A stretch of DNA of 39,701 nt from Elusimicrobiota bacterium (GCA_043827405.1 JBDRPD010000084.1:1-39701); one strand, 5' to 3'; counted from the first letter of the stretch, positions 20,220 through 30,515 are shown. Notes: generated by a model from the letters alone, not told the origin. Made by a program: numbers and translations.

Positions 20220-20229
20220 CATCTTCTTA

Positions 20230-20865
20230 ATGCGATACGCTGCGCTGTTTGTCGTAGTCGCGTGCGGCGTTGCGTCCGCTCGGCCGCCGGCCGGAAACGG
20301 AGTCGAACTGCTCGACATTTCCGCCGGTACGTTGCTGTCGGTCGAGCTGGTGGACCCGATTCATACGGGCAAGAACGCCGTCGGCGATGTTTTTCGCTGC
20401 CGCATTCTGGAAGGGGTCTGGTCGAAAAACCGCGTAGTCATCGCGCCGGGGACGACCGTCCGCGGCGAGCTGACGGAAGTGGAGCGCTCCGGCCGGATCA
20501 GCAAGCGCGCCAAGCTCGCACTGACGCTCAATTCGGTGCAGGTCGACGGCTCGACGATCCCGCTGCATACGGACACGCTGTCGTACGTCGGCGACAAGCA
20601 CGCCGGGAAGAACACGGGGTCGCTGCTGAGCGGCGCGCTGCAGGGTGTTTTTTTCGGCCTGCTCTTCGGCGGCAAGACGGGAGCCGGTGTCGGAGCGGCC
20701 GCGGGTGCGGGCGCCGGAGCGGTAAGCGGACTAATTAAAGGAAAGCAGGATATTGAGTTCGTCCAGGGCGCGAACCTGCTGTTCGAAACGACGCAGAAGA
20801 TTACGGTGCCGGTCTATCCGGAAGCGCCGAAGAAGGATGAGAAGGCGGTAAAGCCTTCCAGTTGA
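20230..20865 (+). CDS. Exported protein with TrbI/VirB10-like beta domain and glycine zipper
   Basis: Signal peptide from ATG 20230; AGTLLSVEL...GDVF...IAPGTTVRG pattern; GxxxG zipper near the C-terminus. Confidence 0.7.
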   Translation: MRYAALFVVVACGVASARPPAGNGVELLDISAGTLLSVELVDPIHTGKNAVGDVFRCRILEGVWSKNRVVIAPGTTVRGELTEVERSGRISKRAKLALTLNSVQVDGSTIPLHTDTLSYVGDKHAGKNTGSLLSGALQGVFFGLLFGGKTGAGVGAAAGAGAGAVSGLIKGKQDIEFVQGANLLFETTQKITVPVYPEAPKKDEKAVKPSS

Positions 20866-20891
20866 ATTTTCAGAGCCGGACGCGAACAGGC

Positions 20892-20972
20892 GGCCGGGTG
20901 GCGGAATGGCAGACGCGCACGCCTTAGGAGCGTGTGCCGCAAGGCGTGGGGGTTCGAGTCCCCCCCCGGCCA
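20892..20972 (+). tRNA. tRNA-Leu(TAG)
   Basis: GGCCGGG/CCCGGCC acceptor, CACGC-CT TAG GA-GCGTG anticodon arm, long variable arm GCCGCAAGGC, GGTTCGAGTCC; usual position upstream of tig. Confidence 0.95.
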
Positions 20973-21001
20973 AAATCAGCAGCTCGCAGGAGGATGATGT
21001 T

Positions 21002-22279
21002 ATGGCAATTTGGACGCCGTCGCAAAAAACCAAGACCAAGGAACTCAAGAAGGATGGCTGCAGGCTCAGCTATGAAGTCGAAGTCCCGGCTTTACGCATC
21101 CAGGAAGAGATGGAGAACGTTTTTCTCCGGCTGCAGCTGCAGGCGAAAATCTCCGGCTACCGGCAGGGCAAAGCCCCCCTGGAGCTGATCAAGCGGCAAT
21201 ACGGCGGCGCCGCTCACTCCGAAGCCGCCGAGCAGGTAATCCGCAAGGTCATCCCTGAAGTCATCAAGGATCTGGACCTGCGGCCGATCGCCGTGCCGGA
21301 GGTGGGCGAGCTCCAATACTCCCCCCAACAGCCGCTGAAGTTCGAGCTGCACGTCGAGACCGCCCCGTCCTTCACCCCGACCGGCTACAAAGGCATCGCC
21401 GTCACCCGCAAAGAGACCGCGGTCAAGGACGAGGAAGTGGAAGCCCGGCTCAAACAGCTTCAGGACGGCAACGCGCGCCTGGAAAAGGCGGACAGCGAAA
21501 CGGTGGGCAATGACCATTACGTCGTCATGGACTTCGAGATGCTTCGGGACGGCGCCCCGCTTGAAGGCATGCGCGGCAAGAACGAGCTGGTCGACATGTC
21601 CTCGGACCAAACCGTGGACGGGCTCACCGCCAGCCTGCTGGGCATGAAGCGCCAGGAAACCAAGGAATTCGAGGTAAAGATCGACAAGAAGCCCGCGGTC
21701 TGCAAGGCCACGGTGCACGAGATCAAGGTTAAAATCCTGCCCAAGCTGGACGAGGAGTTTGCCAAGGACATGGGCCTGGAATCGCTGGCCAAGCTGAAGA
21801 GCGAACTGACGTCGATCATCGAGAAGGAGAACGCCGAGAACACTGAGCGCGACGTCTCCGCGCAGATCGAGCAGGCGCTGTTGAAAGCCAACTCGTTCGA
21901 GGTCCCGCCCTCCCTCGTCGAAAGCCAGCTCAAGCATATGATGGCGCGCCTGGCCAGCCGTCTGGTCGGTCCCAACCAAACCTTGCCGGAGAAGCAGGCG
22001 GCCGAGCTGGGCGAGAAGCTCCGCCCGCAGGCCGCGGACCAAGTGCGGCTGCAGTTCATCCTCAACGCAATCGCCAACGAGGAGAAGATCGAAGCGACCG
22101 ACGAGGACTTCAAGCAGGAGCAGGAAAAGGCCGTCAACGGCGCTCACGACGACAAGGAAAAGGAAAAGGCCCGCGAGTTCTTCGCCAAGAACGGGGACGA
22201 CATCCGCGCCGCGCTCAAAGAGCGCAAGGTTATCCAGCTGATGCGCGATACGGCGAAGACGAAGGTCGTTAAGGAGTAA
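21002..22279 (+). CDS. tig: Trigger factor
   Basis: ISGYRQGKAP ribosome-binding loop (GFRxGxxP variant), FKBP-like middle, LPKLDEEFAK; ATG 21002 with GGAGGA RBS. Confidence 0.93.
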   Translation: MAIWTPSQKTKTKELKKDGCRLSYEVEVPALRIQEEMENVFLRLQLQAKISGYRQGKAPLELIKRQYGGAAHSEAAEQVIRKVIPEVIKDLDLRPIAVPEVGELQYSPQQPLKFELHVETAPSFTPTGYKGIAVTRKETAVKDEEVEARLKQLQDGNARLEKADSETVGNDHYVVMDFEMLRDGAPLEGMRGKNELVDMSSDQTVDGLTASLLGMKRQETKEFEVKIDKKPAVCKATVHEIKVKILPKLDEEFAKDMGLESLAKLKSELTSIIEKENAENTERDVSAQIEQALLKANSFEVPPSLVESQLKHMMARLASRLVGPNQTLPEKQAAELGEKLRPQAADQVRLQFILNAIANEEKIEATDEDFKQEQEKAVNGAHDDKEKEKAREFFAKNGDDIRAALKERKVIQLMRDTAKTKVVKE

Positions 22280-22283
22280 GGGA

Positions 22284-22703
22284 CTAGGCCGCCGCGTCCA
22301 GTTGGCCCCGCAGGCGGCTTAACGCTTTCTCTCTTTCCTTATTGAGCTGCTGCTCAAGCATGGGCAGCAGCATCTTGTACACCATGCTCTGGGCCGTCAT
22401 CTCGACGGCCAGCGTGATGCGGGTGCCCGTTCCTTCCTCTTCAAATCGCATTGACAGCTTTGTCGGCAGGTCCTTTATATCGAAAGCGCGGACGCATATC
22501 CGGGGCGGCTCCCATTCCGTCGTCCGGCAGACAACTTCCTGCATGCCGGGGAATTCGGACTTAAAAACGTGCTGCCGGCCGTCCGCTGACGGCTGTATGG
22601 AGACCTTCCCTTGGCTGAGCTCCGCCAACTTCTCCATATCCGTCAGGTGCGCGAAAACCTTGTCGCGCGGCTGCTTTACCGAAAAAGTGAACTCTTCCTT
22701 CAT
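22284..22703 (-). CDS. SRPBCC/polyketide cyclase-like protein
   Basis: PRDKVFAHLTD...TEWEPP...EEEGTGTRITL pattern; 139 aa. Confidence 0.75.
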   Translation of the reverse strand: MKEEFTFSVKQPRDKVFAHLTDMEKLAELSQGKVSIQPSADGRQHVFKSEFPGMQEVVCRTTEWEPPRICVRAFDIKDLPTKLSMRFEEEGTGTRITLAVEMTAQSMVYKMLLPMLEQQLNKEREKALSRLRGQLDAAA

Positions 22704-22781
22704 GGCAACAGTCTACAAAATTGCCTGATTTATCCATTGACTTAGGGCATTTTCCCGGCTAAATACTTGATTGGAGACGCT

Positions 22782-23792
22782 ATGCCGAGAATATCCCGTT
22801 GGCATGATATGTATGCCTTTCTCTGCGCCTGCAGTCTAGCACTGCTTCCTTCGCTGTCCGCGGCGAGTCCCGCAGGCTTCGCCGAAGCGAGCGCCTATAA
22901 AGCCAAAATGCGCACGACAGTGGGCCAACGCCCTGACAACAGCCAAGGCGTCGGAGTCGACCTCAACAGCATGCTCATGGAAGCCATGAGCATCCGACAA
23001 AACGGCGCGCCGCGCTTCAACCGAATCTACGTCGACGGTGTCGACCGGGATCTCGGCAGCGAAGGCCGGACGATGACGCTTCGTGACTTCATGTTCGACA
23101 CCGTACTCAACGACACGCATGAATGCCGGCGCCTCAACAACCAGCTCAACACGCAGATATACGCCCATCTGGCCGGCACGGACGCACAAGGCCTGAACCG
23201 CGCCTACAACGAGGCCGAAGCAGATGACGTCTCATTCCGCAATCCTCTGAGCGGGCTGGCCGTTTCCGACCGAAACTCTCCAAACGTCAGGCCGTCGGAG
23301 CTGAACTTTACGGCCAGATGGAAATCAACGGCAGATACCGTGGATGTGACGCTCTACGCTTGGGGTGGGGAAGGCGACGGCCAGAAGGAATGGACTACGG
23401 AGAGAAGCCTGCGCTTTCCTATCCGCAATTTCGACCCCACATCACAAAAGTGCCTGACGGCGCCGGTGCTCGCTGGAGTCAAGAGCTGCCGGTGGCTGGA
23501 GAAGGGCAGACCCGAAGGAAAACACAGCGCCAACGCGAACGTTTTCATCGGCTCGATGGAGTGCCAGCCGCTAATCAACGCCGGAGAGAACGAGTCGACG
23601 CCCCCCGCCCCCTTACAGGTCAAGCGCATCTCCTGCCATGAGAACTTCGCGGCTGAGGGGAAGGAACAAGAGTGCCTGAAAGACTCTTTTATGGGTGCCG
23701 CCGGGACCTTTATCGAAGGGCGCCCGATGGATTCGGGAGGACACCCGGAATGGGAAGCCTCCTGGAGACGCTCCCATGCTCTTGAGCGTTAG
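22782..23792 (+). CDS. Hypothetical exported protein, Cys-containing
   Basis: Long ORF with signal-peptide-like LCACSLALLPSLSAA and several cysteines; start uncertain (22767, 22782 or later). Confidence 0.65.
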   Translation: MPRISRWHDMYAFLCACSLALLPSLSAASPAGFAEASAYKAKMRTTVGQRPDNSQGVGVDLNSMLMEAMSIRQNGAPRFNRIYVDGVDRDLGSEGRTMTLRDFMFDTVLNDTHECRRLNNQLNTQIYAHLAGTDAQGLNRAYNEAEADDVSFRNPLSGLAVSDRNSPNVRPSELNFTARWKSTADTVDVTLYAWGGEGDGQKEWTTERSLRFPIRNFDPTSQKCLTAPVLAGVKSCRWLEKGRPEGKHSANANVFIGSMECQPLINAGENESTPPAPLQVKRISCHENFAAEGKEQECLKDSFMGAAGTFIEGRPMDSGGHPEWEASWRRSHALER

Positions 23793-23837
23793 TCCATAGG
23801 CGCTATCCCGCCTCACGGCGGGACGACGCGCCTCGAT

Positions 23838-24743
23838 TTAGTCCATAGGCGCGTCGGCTTCCAGCCAGTTAAACTCCACCCGCCGGTTCATCTTGCGCCC
23901 TTCATCGGTATTGTTTGAAGCGATAGGCCGCGTGTCGCCGAATCCCTCCGCCCGGATGCGGCGGTGGTCCACCCCGCGGCCGACCAAATAGCGCCGCACC
24001 GCCTGCGCGCGGCTGCGCGAGAGCTTCAAGTTGTACTTCTTGGAGCCGATTTCGCAGGTGTGGCCGAACACCTTCAGCTTAACGTGCGAATAATCCTTCA
24101 TCACCTTGGCGATCATCTCCAGGGTTTTGAGCGAGTACGAACGCAGCACTGCTTTATTGAACTCGAAATGGATCGGCGGGGCGATCTCAAGCTCAATCTG
24201 GTCCTGCAGCTGCTCGATGGCGTCGCGGGCCGGGCCGCAGGCGACCCCAACAAGCTGTTTCGGCGCCTCCTCATCGGCGGCCTGCCAGAGGACTAGGTTG
24301 CCCAGCTCCTGCAGCCCGCCGCGCAGGACGGAGACGTCCTTGAACCCGCGCCGGATGAGCGCGCCCGCCGCCGACTTGATCCCGTCGCAGCAGCATTCAC
24401 CGCAGTAGAGCACCAGCGGATGTCCGCGGCGGATCGAAGCGTCCAGCGTATGGTTGTAGGGGATATTGCGCGCCCCCGCCAGGTGCATGCGGTTGAACTC
24501 GTAGTCGGCCCGGATGTCGATAAGCTCAACGAACATCGCCTTCATATCCTGTTCGACGGCGTAGGGCGAGACCAGCGGGATGCGGATACGGCTCGCCGCC
24601 TTGGCCTGCTCCTCGGCCGTCTCGCACTGCGGCCAGACCAGGATATCGTCTCCGATGCTGTTGTCCCAGTACTGCGCCTGCGCGCCGACCGCGCGCGCAA
24701 ACAGAACGGCGCAAACCCACAAAAGCAGCATATGCCTCCGCAT
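23838..24743 (-). CDS. Exported rhodanese-like + OmpA-C (peptidoglycan-binding) fusion
   Basis: Signal peptide; LIDIR...HLAGARNIP...LVLYC...VSVLRGG rhodanese motifs; IHFEFNK...GHTCEIG...NLKLSRSRA...NRRVEF OmpA motifs. Confidence 0.85.
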   Translation of the reverse strand: MRRHMLLLWVCAVLFARAVGAQAQYWDNSIGDDILVWPQCETAEEQAKAASRIRIPLVSPYAVEQDMKAMFVELIDIRADYEFNRMHLAGARNIPYNHTLDASIRRGHPLVLYCGECCCDGIKSAAGALIRRGFKDVSVLRGGLQELGNLVLWQAADEEAPKQLVGVACGPARDAIEQLQDQIELEIAPPIHFEFNKAVLRSYSLKTLEMIAKVMKDYSHVKLKVFGHTCEIGSKKYNLKLSRSRAQAVRRYLVGRGVDHRRIRAEGFGDTRPIASNNTDEGRKMNRRVEFNWLEADAPMD

Positions 24744-24830
24744 AGCATTACTTTAGGATGAAAACGGGATGATTTCAACTCGCGGTCGCGCGCGGCTGGC
24801 ACCGGGGATGATTTTTCGTATAATTAGGGC

Positions 24831-25451
24831 ATGATAATACCTACGATTCTTGAACGCTGGACCCAGGGCTCCGCGATCGGCTACGACATTTATTCGCGCC
24901 TCCTCAAAGACCGCATCATTTTTGTCGGAGGGCAGGAAGGGATCATCACGACCGATTCGGCGAACCTGCTCATCGCGCAGCTGCTGTACCTCGACGCCGA
25001 GGACCATGAACGCGACATCTATCTTTACATCAACTCTCCCGGCGGCATGGTTTCGGCGGGGCTCGCGGTCTACGACACCATGCAGTACGTAAAAGCGCCG
25101 ATCACCACCATCTGCATGGGCATGGCGATGTCGTTTGGCTCCATGCTGCTCGCGGCCGGCACGCAGGGCCAGCGCCTGGCGCTGCCCTATTCCCGCATCA
25201 TGATCCATCAACCCCTGATCGGCGGAATCAGCGGCCAGGCCTCCGACATCAAGATCGAGGCGGAAGAGATGGAAAAGACCAAAAAGCAAATGATCCACCT
25301 TCTCGCCATCCATACCGGGCAGAAGGACAGCAAGATCGAGCAGGACATGGACCGCAACTACTACATGTCCGCCGTGGAAGCGAAAGAGTACGGCATCATA
25401 GACAAGGTCATCGAATCCCCCGTCGGCCCGTCCGACGGCAAGAAAACCTGA
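24831..25451 (+). CDS. clpP: ATP-dependent Clp protease proteolytic subunit
   Basis: YDIYSRLLKDRIIF, YINSPGG, GMAMSFG (Ser), IMIHQP (His) and DRNYYM motifs. Confidence 0.97.
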   Translation: MIIPTILERWTQGSAIGYDIYSRLLKDRIIFVGGQEGIITTDSANLLIAQLLYLDAEDHERDIYLYINSPGGMVSAGLAVYDTMQYVKAPITTICMGMAMSFGSMLLAAGTQGQRLALPYSRIMIHQPLIGGISGQASDIKIEAEEMEKTKKQMIHLLAIHTGQKDSKIEQDMDRNYYMSAVEAKEYGIIDKVIESPVGPSDGKKT

Positions 25452-27883
25452 TGCCGCAGCAGGAAGCAGCGAAGCAGCTCCGGCCCGAAAGCCTGCCGCT
25501 GCTCGCGGTACGCGATATCGTCATCTTCCCGCACATGGCGCTGCCGCTCTCGGTCGGGCGCGAGCGCTCCATAAAGGCGCTCGAACAAGCGATGAAGCAG
25601 GGCAAGCTTGTGGCCGTGACCTCGCAAAAAAAGGCGGCCACCGAAGACCCGAATGATTCGGAGTTCTACAAGCTCGGCGTACTAGCCGAAGTCGTGCAGT
25701 TCCTGCGCATGCCCGACGGCACGCTCAAAATATTCCTGCAGGGGCTCGCCCGCGCCAAGTTCAAATCGGTGCGGCTCAATGCCAGCGGCTGGTGGCAGGC
25801 GGACATCATTTATCCCGCGGAGAAGCGTGAAGATTCCAAGAAGGCGGAGGCCTCCAGCCGCCAGGTGCTTGAGCTCTATGAGAAGTATCTAAAGCTTACC
25901 CGCCGGCAGCCTCCGGAATCCATCGCCTCCCTGTCGCAGCTTAACGACCCGTCGCGGCTCGCCGACTCCGTCGCGTCCATCTGCGTCAACAAGATCGCGG
26001 ACCGCCAGGAGCTGCTGGAGACCCTCGATCCCATCAAGCGCCTGGAGAAGCTCACGGAATTAATGTCGGCCGAGCTGGAAATCCTCGCCATCGAGCGCCG
26101 GATTCACTCGCGGGTGCGCGGGCAGATTCAGAAGACGCAGAAAGAGTATTACCTGACGGAACAGATGCGCGCGATCCAGAAGGAGCTCAGACAGAAAGAC
26201 GACTTCGGCAAGGAGCTTGACGAGCTGCGCGACAAGATCAAAAGCGCGAAAATGCCGAAGACGGCTGAAGAGACGTCCATTAAGGAAGTCGCGCGCCTTG
26301 AGAAAATGATGCCGTACTCTCCCGAAGCGACGGTCTGTCGAAGCTATCTCGAATGGATGATCGCCCTGCCATGGTCGAAAAAGACCCGCGACATGCTCGA
26401 CATCCCGCGCGCGCACAAAATTTTGGAAGAGGACCATTACGGGCTAAAAAAGGCGAAGGAACGCATCCTGGAGTACCTTGCCGTCTGCAAGCTGACCAAG
26501 AAGCTGCGGGGACCGATTCTGTGCTTCGTCGGCCCGCCCGGAGTCGGCAAAACCTCCCTGGGCCGTTCAATCGCGCATGCGATGAACCGCGAGTTCGTAC
26601 GCATATCCCTGGGCGGAGTCCGCGACGAAGCCGAAATCAGGGGCCATCGCCGGACCTATATCGGTTCGCTCCCCGGCCGGATTATCCAGTCGCTGCGCCG
26701 CGCGAAGAGCCGCAACCCCGTCTTTCTGCTCGACGAGATCGACAAGATGGGAAGCGATTGGCGCGGCGACCCGACCTCGGCGCTGCTCGAGGCGCTCGAC
26801 CCGGAGCAAAACAGCGCCTTCATGGACCATTACCTCGATGTCGAGTTCGACCTGTCCTCGGTGCTTTTTGTCTGCACGGCGAACGTCCTCAGTGAAATCC
26901 CGCCGACGCTGCGCGACCGCCTGGAGATCATTCGCTTTTCGGGCTACACCTACGACGATAAGGCCCGGATCGCGCGCGGATACCTCATCCCCAAACAGGT
27001 CAAAATGAACGGCTTGAAGCCGTCCCAGATCACCTTCAGCGACGACTGCCTGGATCGCATTATCGAAGAGTACACGAGCGAAGCGGGCGTCCGGACGCTG
27101 GAGCGAAGAATTGCCGGGGTCTGCCGCAAGGCGGCGCTCGAAATCGTCGAGAAGAGCAAAAAGCTCGTCTCCGTATGCGCGGACAATCTGCAGGCATTTC
27201 TGGGCATCCCCAAATACAAGCCGGATGCCAAAACCCACAATGAAATCGGTGTCGCGACGGGGCTGGCCTGGACGGAAGTCGGCGGCGTCCTGCTGGCGAT
27301 CGAGGTCCTGACCTATGCCGGCAAGGGCGGCATCCTGCTGACGGGAAAGCTCGGCGACGTCATGCAGGAATCCGCGAAAGCCGCGCTGTCCTACATAAAG
27401 GCCCATGCGGAGGAGCTCGCGGTGCCGGATGCGCTCTTCAAGAAGATCAGCTTCCATGTACACGTGCCGGAAGGGGCGACGCCGAAGGACGGCCCATCCG
27501 CGGGCATCGCCATCGCGACCGCCCTGGCGAGCCAGGTCACGCGGCGACCGGTGCTTCCCGGCATCGCGATGACCGGCGAGATCACACTGCGCGGCCGGGT
27601 GCTGCCGATAGGCGGGCTCAAAGAGAAAATCATGGCGGCGTACCGCTCCGGAGTCAAGACCGTGCTGTATCCGGAGCAGAACCTCAAGGACCTTGAAGAC
27701 GTTCCGGAGGAAATCGTCGCGGCGCTCAAGCTCGTGCCGGTCAAGCATATCAGCGAAGTGCTCGCGTTTGCGCTCGCCCCGGCCGACGAAAAATCGCGAG
27801 CCGGGGTTAGCTGGAAACCGCCGCTTCCGGAACTGGCGGGAGACGACGCCGAGCACGGCTACCCGACACCCCCGCAGGCATGA
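25451..27883 (+). CDS. lon: Lon protease (LonA)
   Basis: N-domain, Walker A GPPGVGKT, LLDEIDK, PKDGPSAG (Ser) and IGGLKEK (Lys). Confidence 0.98.
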   Translation: MPQQEAAKQLRPESLPLLAVRDIVIFPHMALPLSVGRERSIKALEQAMKQGKLVAVTSQKKAATEDPNDSEFYKLGVLAEVVQFLRMPDGTLKIFLQGLARAKFKSVRLNASGWWQADIIYPAEKREDSKKAEASSRQVLELYEKYLKLTRRQPPESIASLSQLNDPSRLADSVASICVNKIADRQELLETLDPIKRLEKLTELMSAELEILAIERRIHSRVRGQIQKTQKEYYLTEQMRAIQKELRQKDDFGKELDELRDKIKSAKMPKTAEETSIKEVARLEKMMPYSPEATVCRSYLEWMIALPWSKKTRDMLDIPRAHKILEEDHYGLKKAKERILEYLAVCKLTKKLRGPILCFVGPPGVGKTSLGRSIAHAMNREFVRISLGGVRDEAEIRGHRRTYIGSLPGRIIQSLRRAKSRNPVFLLDEIDKMGSDWRGDPTSALLEALDPEQNSAFMDHYLDVEFDLSSVLFVCTANVLSEIPPTLRDRLEIIRFSGYTYDDKARIARGYLIPKQVKMNGLKPSQITFSDDCLDRIIEEYTSEAGVRTLERRIAGVCRKAALEIVEKSKKLVSVCADNLQAFLGIPKYKPDAKTHNEIGVATGLAWTEVGGVLLAIEVLTYAGKGGILLTGKLGDVMQESAKAALSYIKAHAEELAVPDALFKKISFHVHVPEGATPKDGPSAGIAIATALASQVTRRPVLPGIAMTGEITLRGRVLPIGGLKEKIMAAYRSGVKTVLYPEQNLKDLEDVPEEIVAALKLVPVKHISEVLAFALAPADEKSRAGVSWKPPLPELAGDDAEHGYPTPPQA

Positions 27884-28971
27884 CGCGGCGCGACTATATC
27901 CTGCTCACTCCCGGACCGACCCCGCTGCCGCCGTCCGTATACCAGAAGCTGTCGCAGCCCATCATGCATCACCGGACCCGGGAATTCAGCGCGGTCTTCA
28001 CGCGCATGATCGAGGGGCTCAAATACGTCTACCGCACAAAAAACGACGTCCTTGCGGCGGCCTCCTCCGGGACCGGCGTTATGGAAGCCGCGGTCGCGAA
28101 CATCCTTTCACCCGGAGACAAAGTGCTCGTACATTCAACCGGCGTCTTCGGCGACCGCTTCGCGGCGATCGCGCGCGCCTACGGGCTGGAGACGGTTCTG
28201 CTCGCTGAGGAGTGGGGCCGCGCGGCGGATCCCGATAGGCTGCGCGGGGCCCTGCGCGAAAACACGGACGTGCGCGCCGTCTTCCACCAGCACACCGACA
28301 CGTCCACCGGCGTGGTCAACGATCTCAAGACGCTGGCCGCGATCGTGCGCGAGCATTCGGACGCGCTGACCGTCGTCGATGCGATCTCGGGACTCGGCGG
28401 AGAGGAGCTCGAGACCGACGCCTGGGAGCTCGACGTCGTTGTGAGCGCTTCGCAAAAAGCGCTCATGTGTCCCCCGGGGCTCGCCTTCGTCGCCGTCTCG
28501 CAAAAGGCTTGGCGGGCCGCCGACGCCGCGGAGCTTCCCCGGTTTTATTTTGACTGGCGCATGGCGCGTCAGGCCGCGGTACAGAACCAGACCCCGTTCA
28601 CGCCGGCGGTGACGCTGATTCCGGCGCAGGAGGATGCGCTCCGCCTCATCCGCGAGGAAGGCATCGAGAACGTATGGAAGCGCACCGCCGAACTGGCCGC
28701 ATGGACCCGTTCCGAGATTCGCGGCCTCGGGCTTGAGCTGTTCGCCAAGAACCCCGCGGCCATCCTGACCCCGATAATACTGCCGGCGGATGTCGACGGC
28801 AGGAAGCTCGTCAAGGACATCCTGGCTGAAGATCGAATCTCAATCGCGGGCGGACAGCTGCAGCTGGCGGGACGTATTGTGCGCATCGCCCATATGGGCT
28901 ATATTAAGAGAAGCGACATCGAGGCAGGTATCGAAGCGCTGGCCAAGAGACTTTGCCTGACAAAGACGTAG
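27880..28971 (+). CDS. Class V PLP aminotransferase (alanine-glyoxylate/serine-pyruvate family)
   Basis: LLTPGPTP, SSGTGVMEA, VDAISG, SQKALMCPPG and RIAHMG motifs. Confidence 0.92.
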   Translation: MTRRDYILLTPGPTPLPPSVYQKLSQPIMHHRTREFSAVFTRMIEGLKYVYRTKNDVLAAASSGTGVMEAAVANILSPGDKVLVHSTGVFGDRFAAIARAYGLETVLLAEEWGRAADPDRLRGALRENTDVRAVFHQHTDTSTGVVNDLKTLAAIVREHSDALTVVDAISGLGGEELETDAWELDVVVSASQKALMCPPGLAFVAVSQKAWRAADAAELPRFYFDWRMARQAAVQNQTPFTPAVTLIPAQEDALRLIREEGIENVWKRTAELAAWTRSEIRGLGLELFAKNPAAILTPIILPADVDGRKLVKDILAEDRISIAGGQLQLAGRIVRIAHMGYIKRSDIEAGIEALAKRLCLTKT

Positions 28972-28992
28972 ACTGCGGCGAGGTTTGCATGT

Positions 28993-29751
28993 ATGGCAGA
29001 ACCGGTTCTCGACTACCAGGAAGTCGTTAAGGAGTACACCAGCTCACATCTTGGACGCGTTACTCGCTCACGCGGCCTGGAAGGCTTCACGCTGACGCTG
29101 CGTAAAGGCGAGATCTTCGGCCTGCTCGGCCTCAACGGCAGCGGCAAAACCACCGCCTTCAAGCTCGCGCTCGGCCTCTTGCGGCCGACCGAAGGCGAGG
29201 TTCGCGTCGCCGGGCACGCCCCCGGCACTTTGGACGCGCTCGCCGAAGTCGGCTATCTGCCCGAACTGCCCTATTTCTATCCTTACCTGACGCCGCGGGA
29301 GTCTCTGGATTTCTACGGGCGGCTGTCTCAGATGCCGGCGGCGGAGCTCCACGCACGCCGCGAGGAGGTTCTGGAAAAAGTCGGGCTGCGCGACGCGGCC
29401 GGGCGCGAAGCCAAGGGCTTCTCCAAGGGCATGCTGCAGCGCCTCGGCTTGGCGCAGGCGATCCTGCACCGCCCCAATATCATCATTCTGGACGAACCCG
29501 TAAGCGGGCTCGATCCGTTGGCGATCCACGATATCCGCATACTCCTCAAGGAGCTCAACGACGACGGCCGGACGCTCCTCATGTCGTCGCACAGCATCTC
29601 TAACGTCGAGAACCTGTGCCATCGCGTGGGCATCCTGGTCGAAGGGCGGCTGGTCCGGACCATCGAGCAGGCGGAGTGGGCAGGACAGCCGGGATCGCTC
29701 GAGCGCATATTCGTGGACACCGTCCGGCCGCGCCGGGAGGTGAAAAGATGA
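28993..29751 (+). CDS. ABC transporter ATP-binding protein (PilH-like)
   Basis: GLNGSGKT, FSKGMLQRLGLAQA, ILDEP and SSH motifs. Confidence 0.93.
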   Translation: MAEPVLDYQEVVKEYTSSHLGRVTRSRGLEGFTLTLRKGEIFGLLGLNGSGKTTAFKLALGLLRPTEGEVRVAGHAPGTLDALAEVGYLPELPYFYPYLTPRESLDFYGRLSQMPAAELHARREEVLEKVGLRDAAGREAKGFSKGMLQRLGLAQAILHRPNIIILDEPVSGLDPLAIHDIRILLKELNDDGRTLLMSSHSISNVENLCHRVGILVEGRLVRTIEQAEWAGQPGSLERIFVDTVRPRREVKR

Positions 29752-30515
29752 GCAGCCTCTGGATTCTATGCTGGAACTCCTGCCGGGAGCAGCTGCGCAG
29801 CCGCTTCTTCCCCGTTTCGCTGATCTTCGCGGGAGTGGCGATCTATATCAGCACCCTGCTGGGAATCCTGGCGGCCGACGAAGAGCTGCGGGTGCTGCTG
29901 GATTTCGGCCTCTCGTTTATCGAGCTTATGGCCTCGACCGCCGTCGCCTTTACCGTCGCCAGCGGCCTGGTGCGCGAGATGGAGACCAAGACGATCTACC
30001 TGATCCTCACGCGCCCGGTTTCGCGCGGCGTCTATCTTGTCGGGCGCTACCTGGGCACCATCGCCGCGGCCTACTGCGCGATCGCGGTCATGGCGGGCAT
30101 CCACCTCTCGCTGCTGTTCGCCAAGGGCTGGGCCTGGCAGCCGGGCTACCTCTTCGCCTTGCTGGGGATCGCGCTGAAGCTCATCGTAATCGCCGCCGTG
30201 GCGACCTTGCTGGTAATGATCTCCACCTCGGTGCTGTCGGCGCTGTGCATGACGTCGATCGCTTGGATGCTCGGCCACTTTACCGGCGAAATCCGCTTCC
30301 TGATCAGCCAGCAGGGCGGGGTCTCCGCGCTGCTGTTCAAGCTGCTCATCTCCATCGTCCCAGACCTGCAGCTGTTTAACTTCCGGGACCGTCTGCATGT
30401 GCCCGAGAGCATTTTGCTCGCGGAGCCCGTCTGGATCGCCGTCCTCTACGCTCCGATCTACGCCGGTGCCTGCCTGGCTTTCACTATGGCGCTGTTCCGC
30501 AAACGAGAATTCTGA
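29748..30515 (+). CDS. ABC-2-type permease (PilI-like)
   Basis: Start ATG 29748 overlaps the upstream stop; DFGLS...REMETKTIYLILTRPVSR...GRYLG; about six TM segments; ends FRKREF. Confidence 0.88.
   Translation: MSSLWILCWNSCREQLRSRFFPVSLIFAGVAIYISTLLGILAADEELRVLLDFGLSFIELMASTAVAFTVASGLVREMETKTIYLILTRPVSRGVYLVGRYLGTIAAAYCAIAVMAGIHLSLLFAKGWAWQPGYLFALLGIALKLIVIAAVATLLVMISTSVLSALCMTSIAWMLGHFTGEIRFLISQQGGVSALLFKLLISIVPDLQLFNFRDRLHVPESILLAEPVWIAVLYAPIYAGACLAFTMALFRKREF

Noticed and set aside
20906..21001. N-terminal extensions of tig (from 20906) and of the ORF at 20212
   Set aside because: They overlap tRNA-Leu and tRNA-Lys; downstream ATGs at 21002 and 20230 are better starts.
26567..27856. Long antisense ORFs (26567-27856, 32569-34377, 21092-22147, 18471-19421 and others)
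   Set aside because: Shadow frames of high-GC genes (lon, LonC-like, tig and others) with no recognisable motifs.
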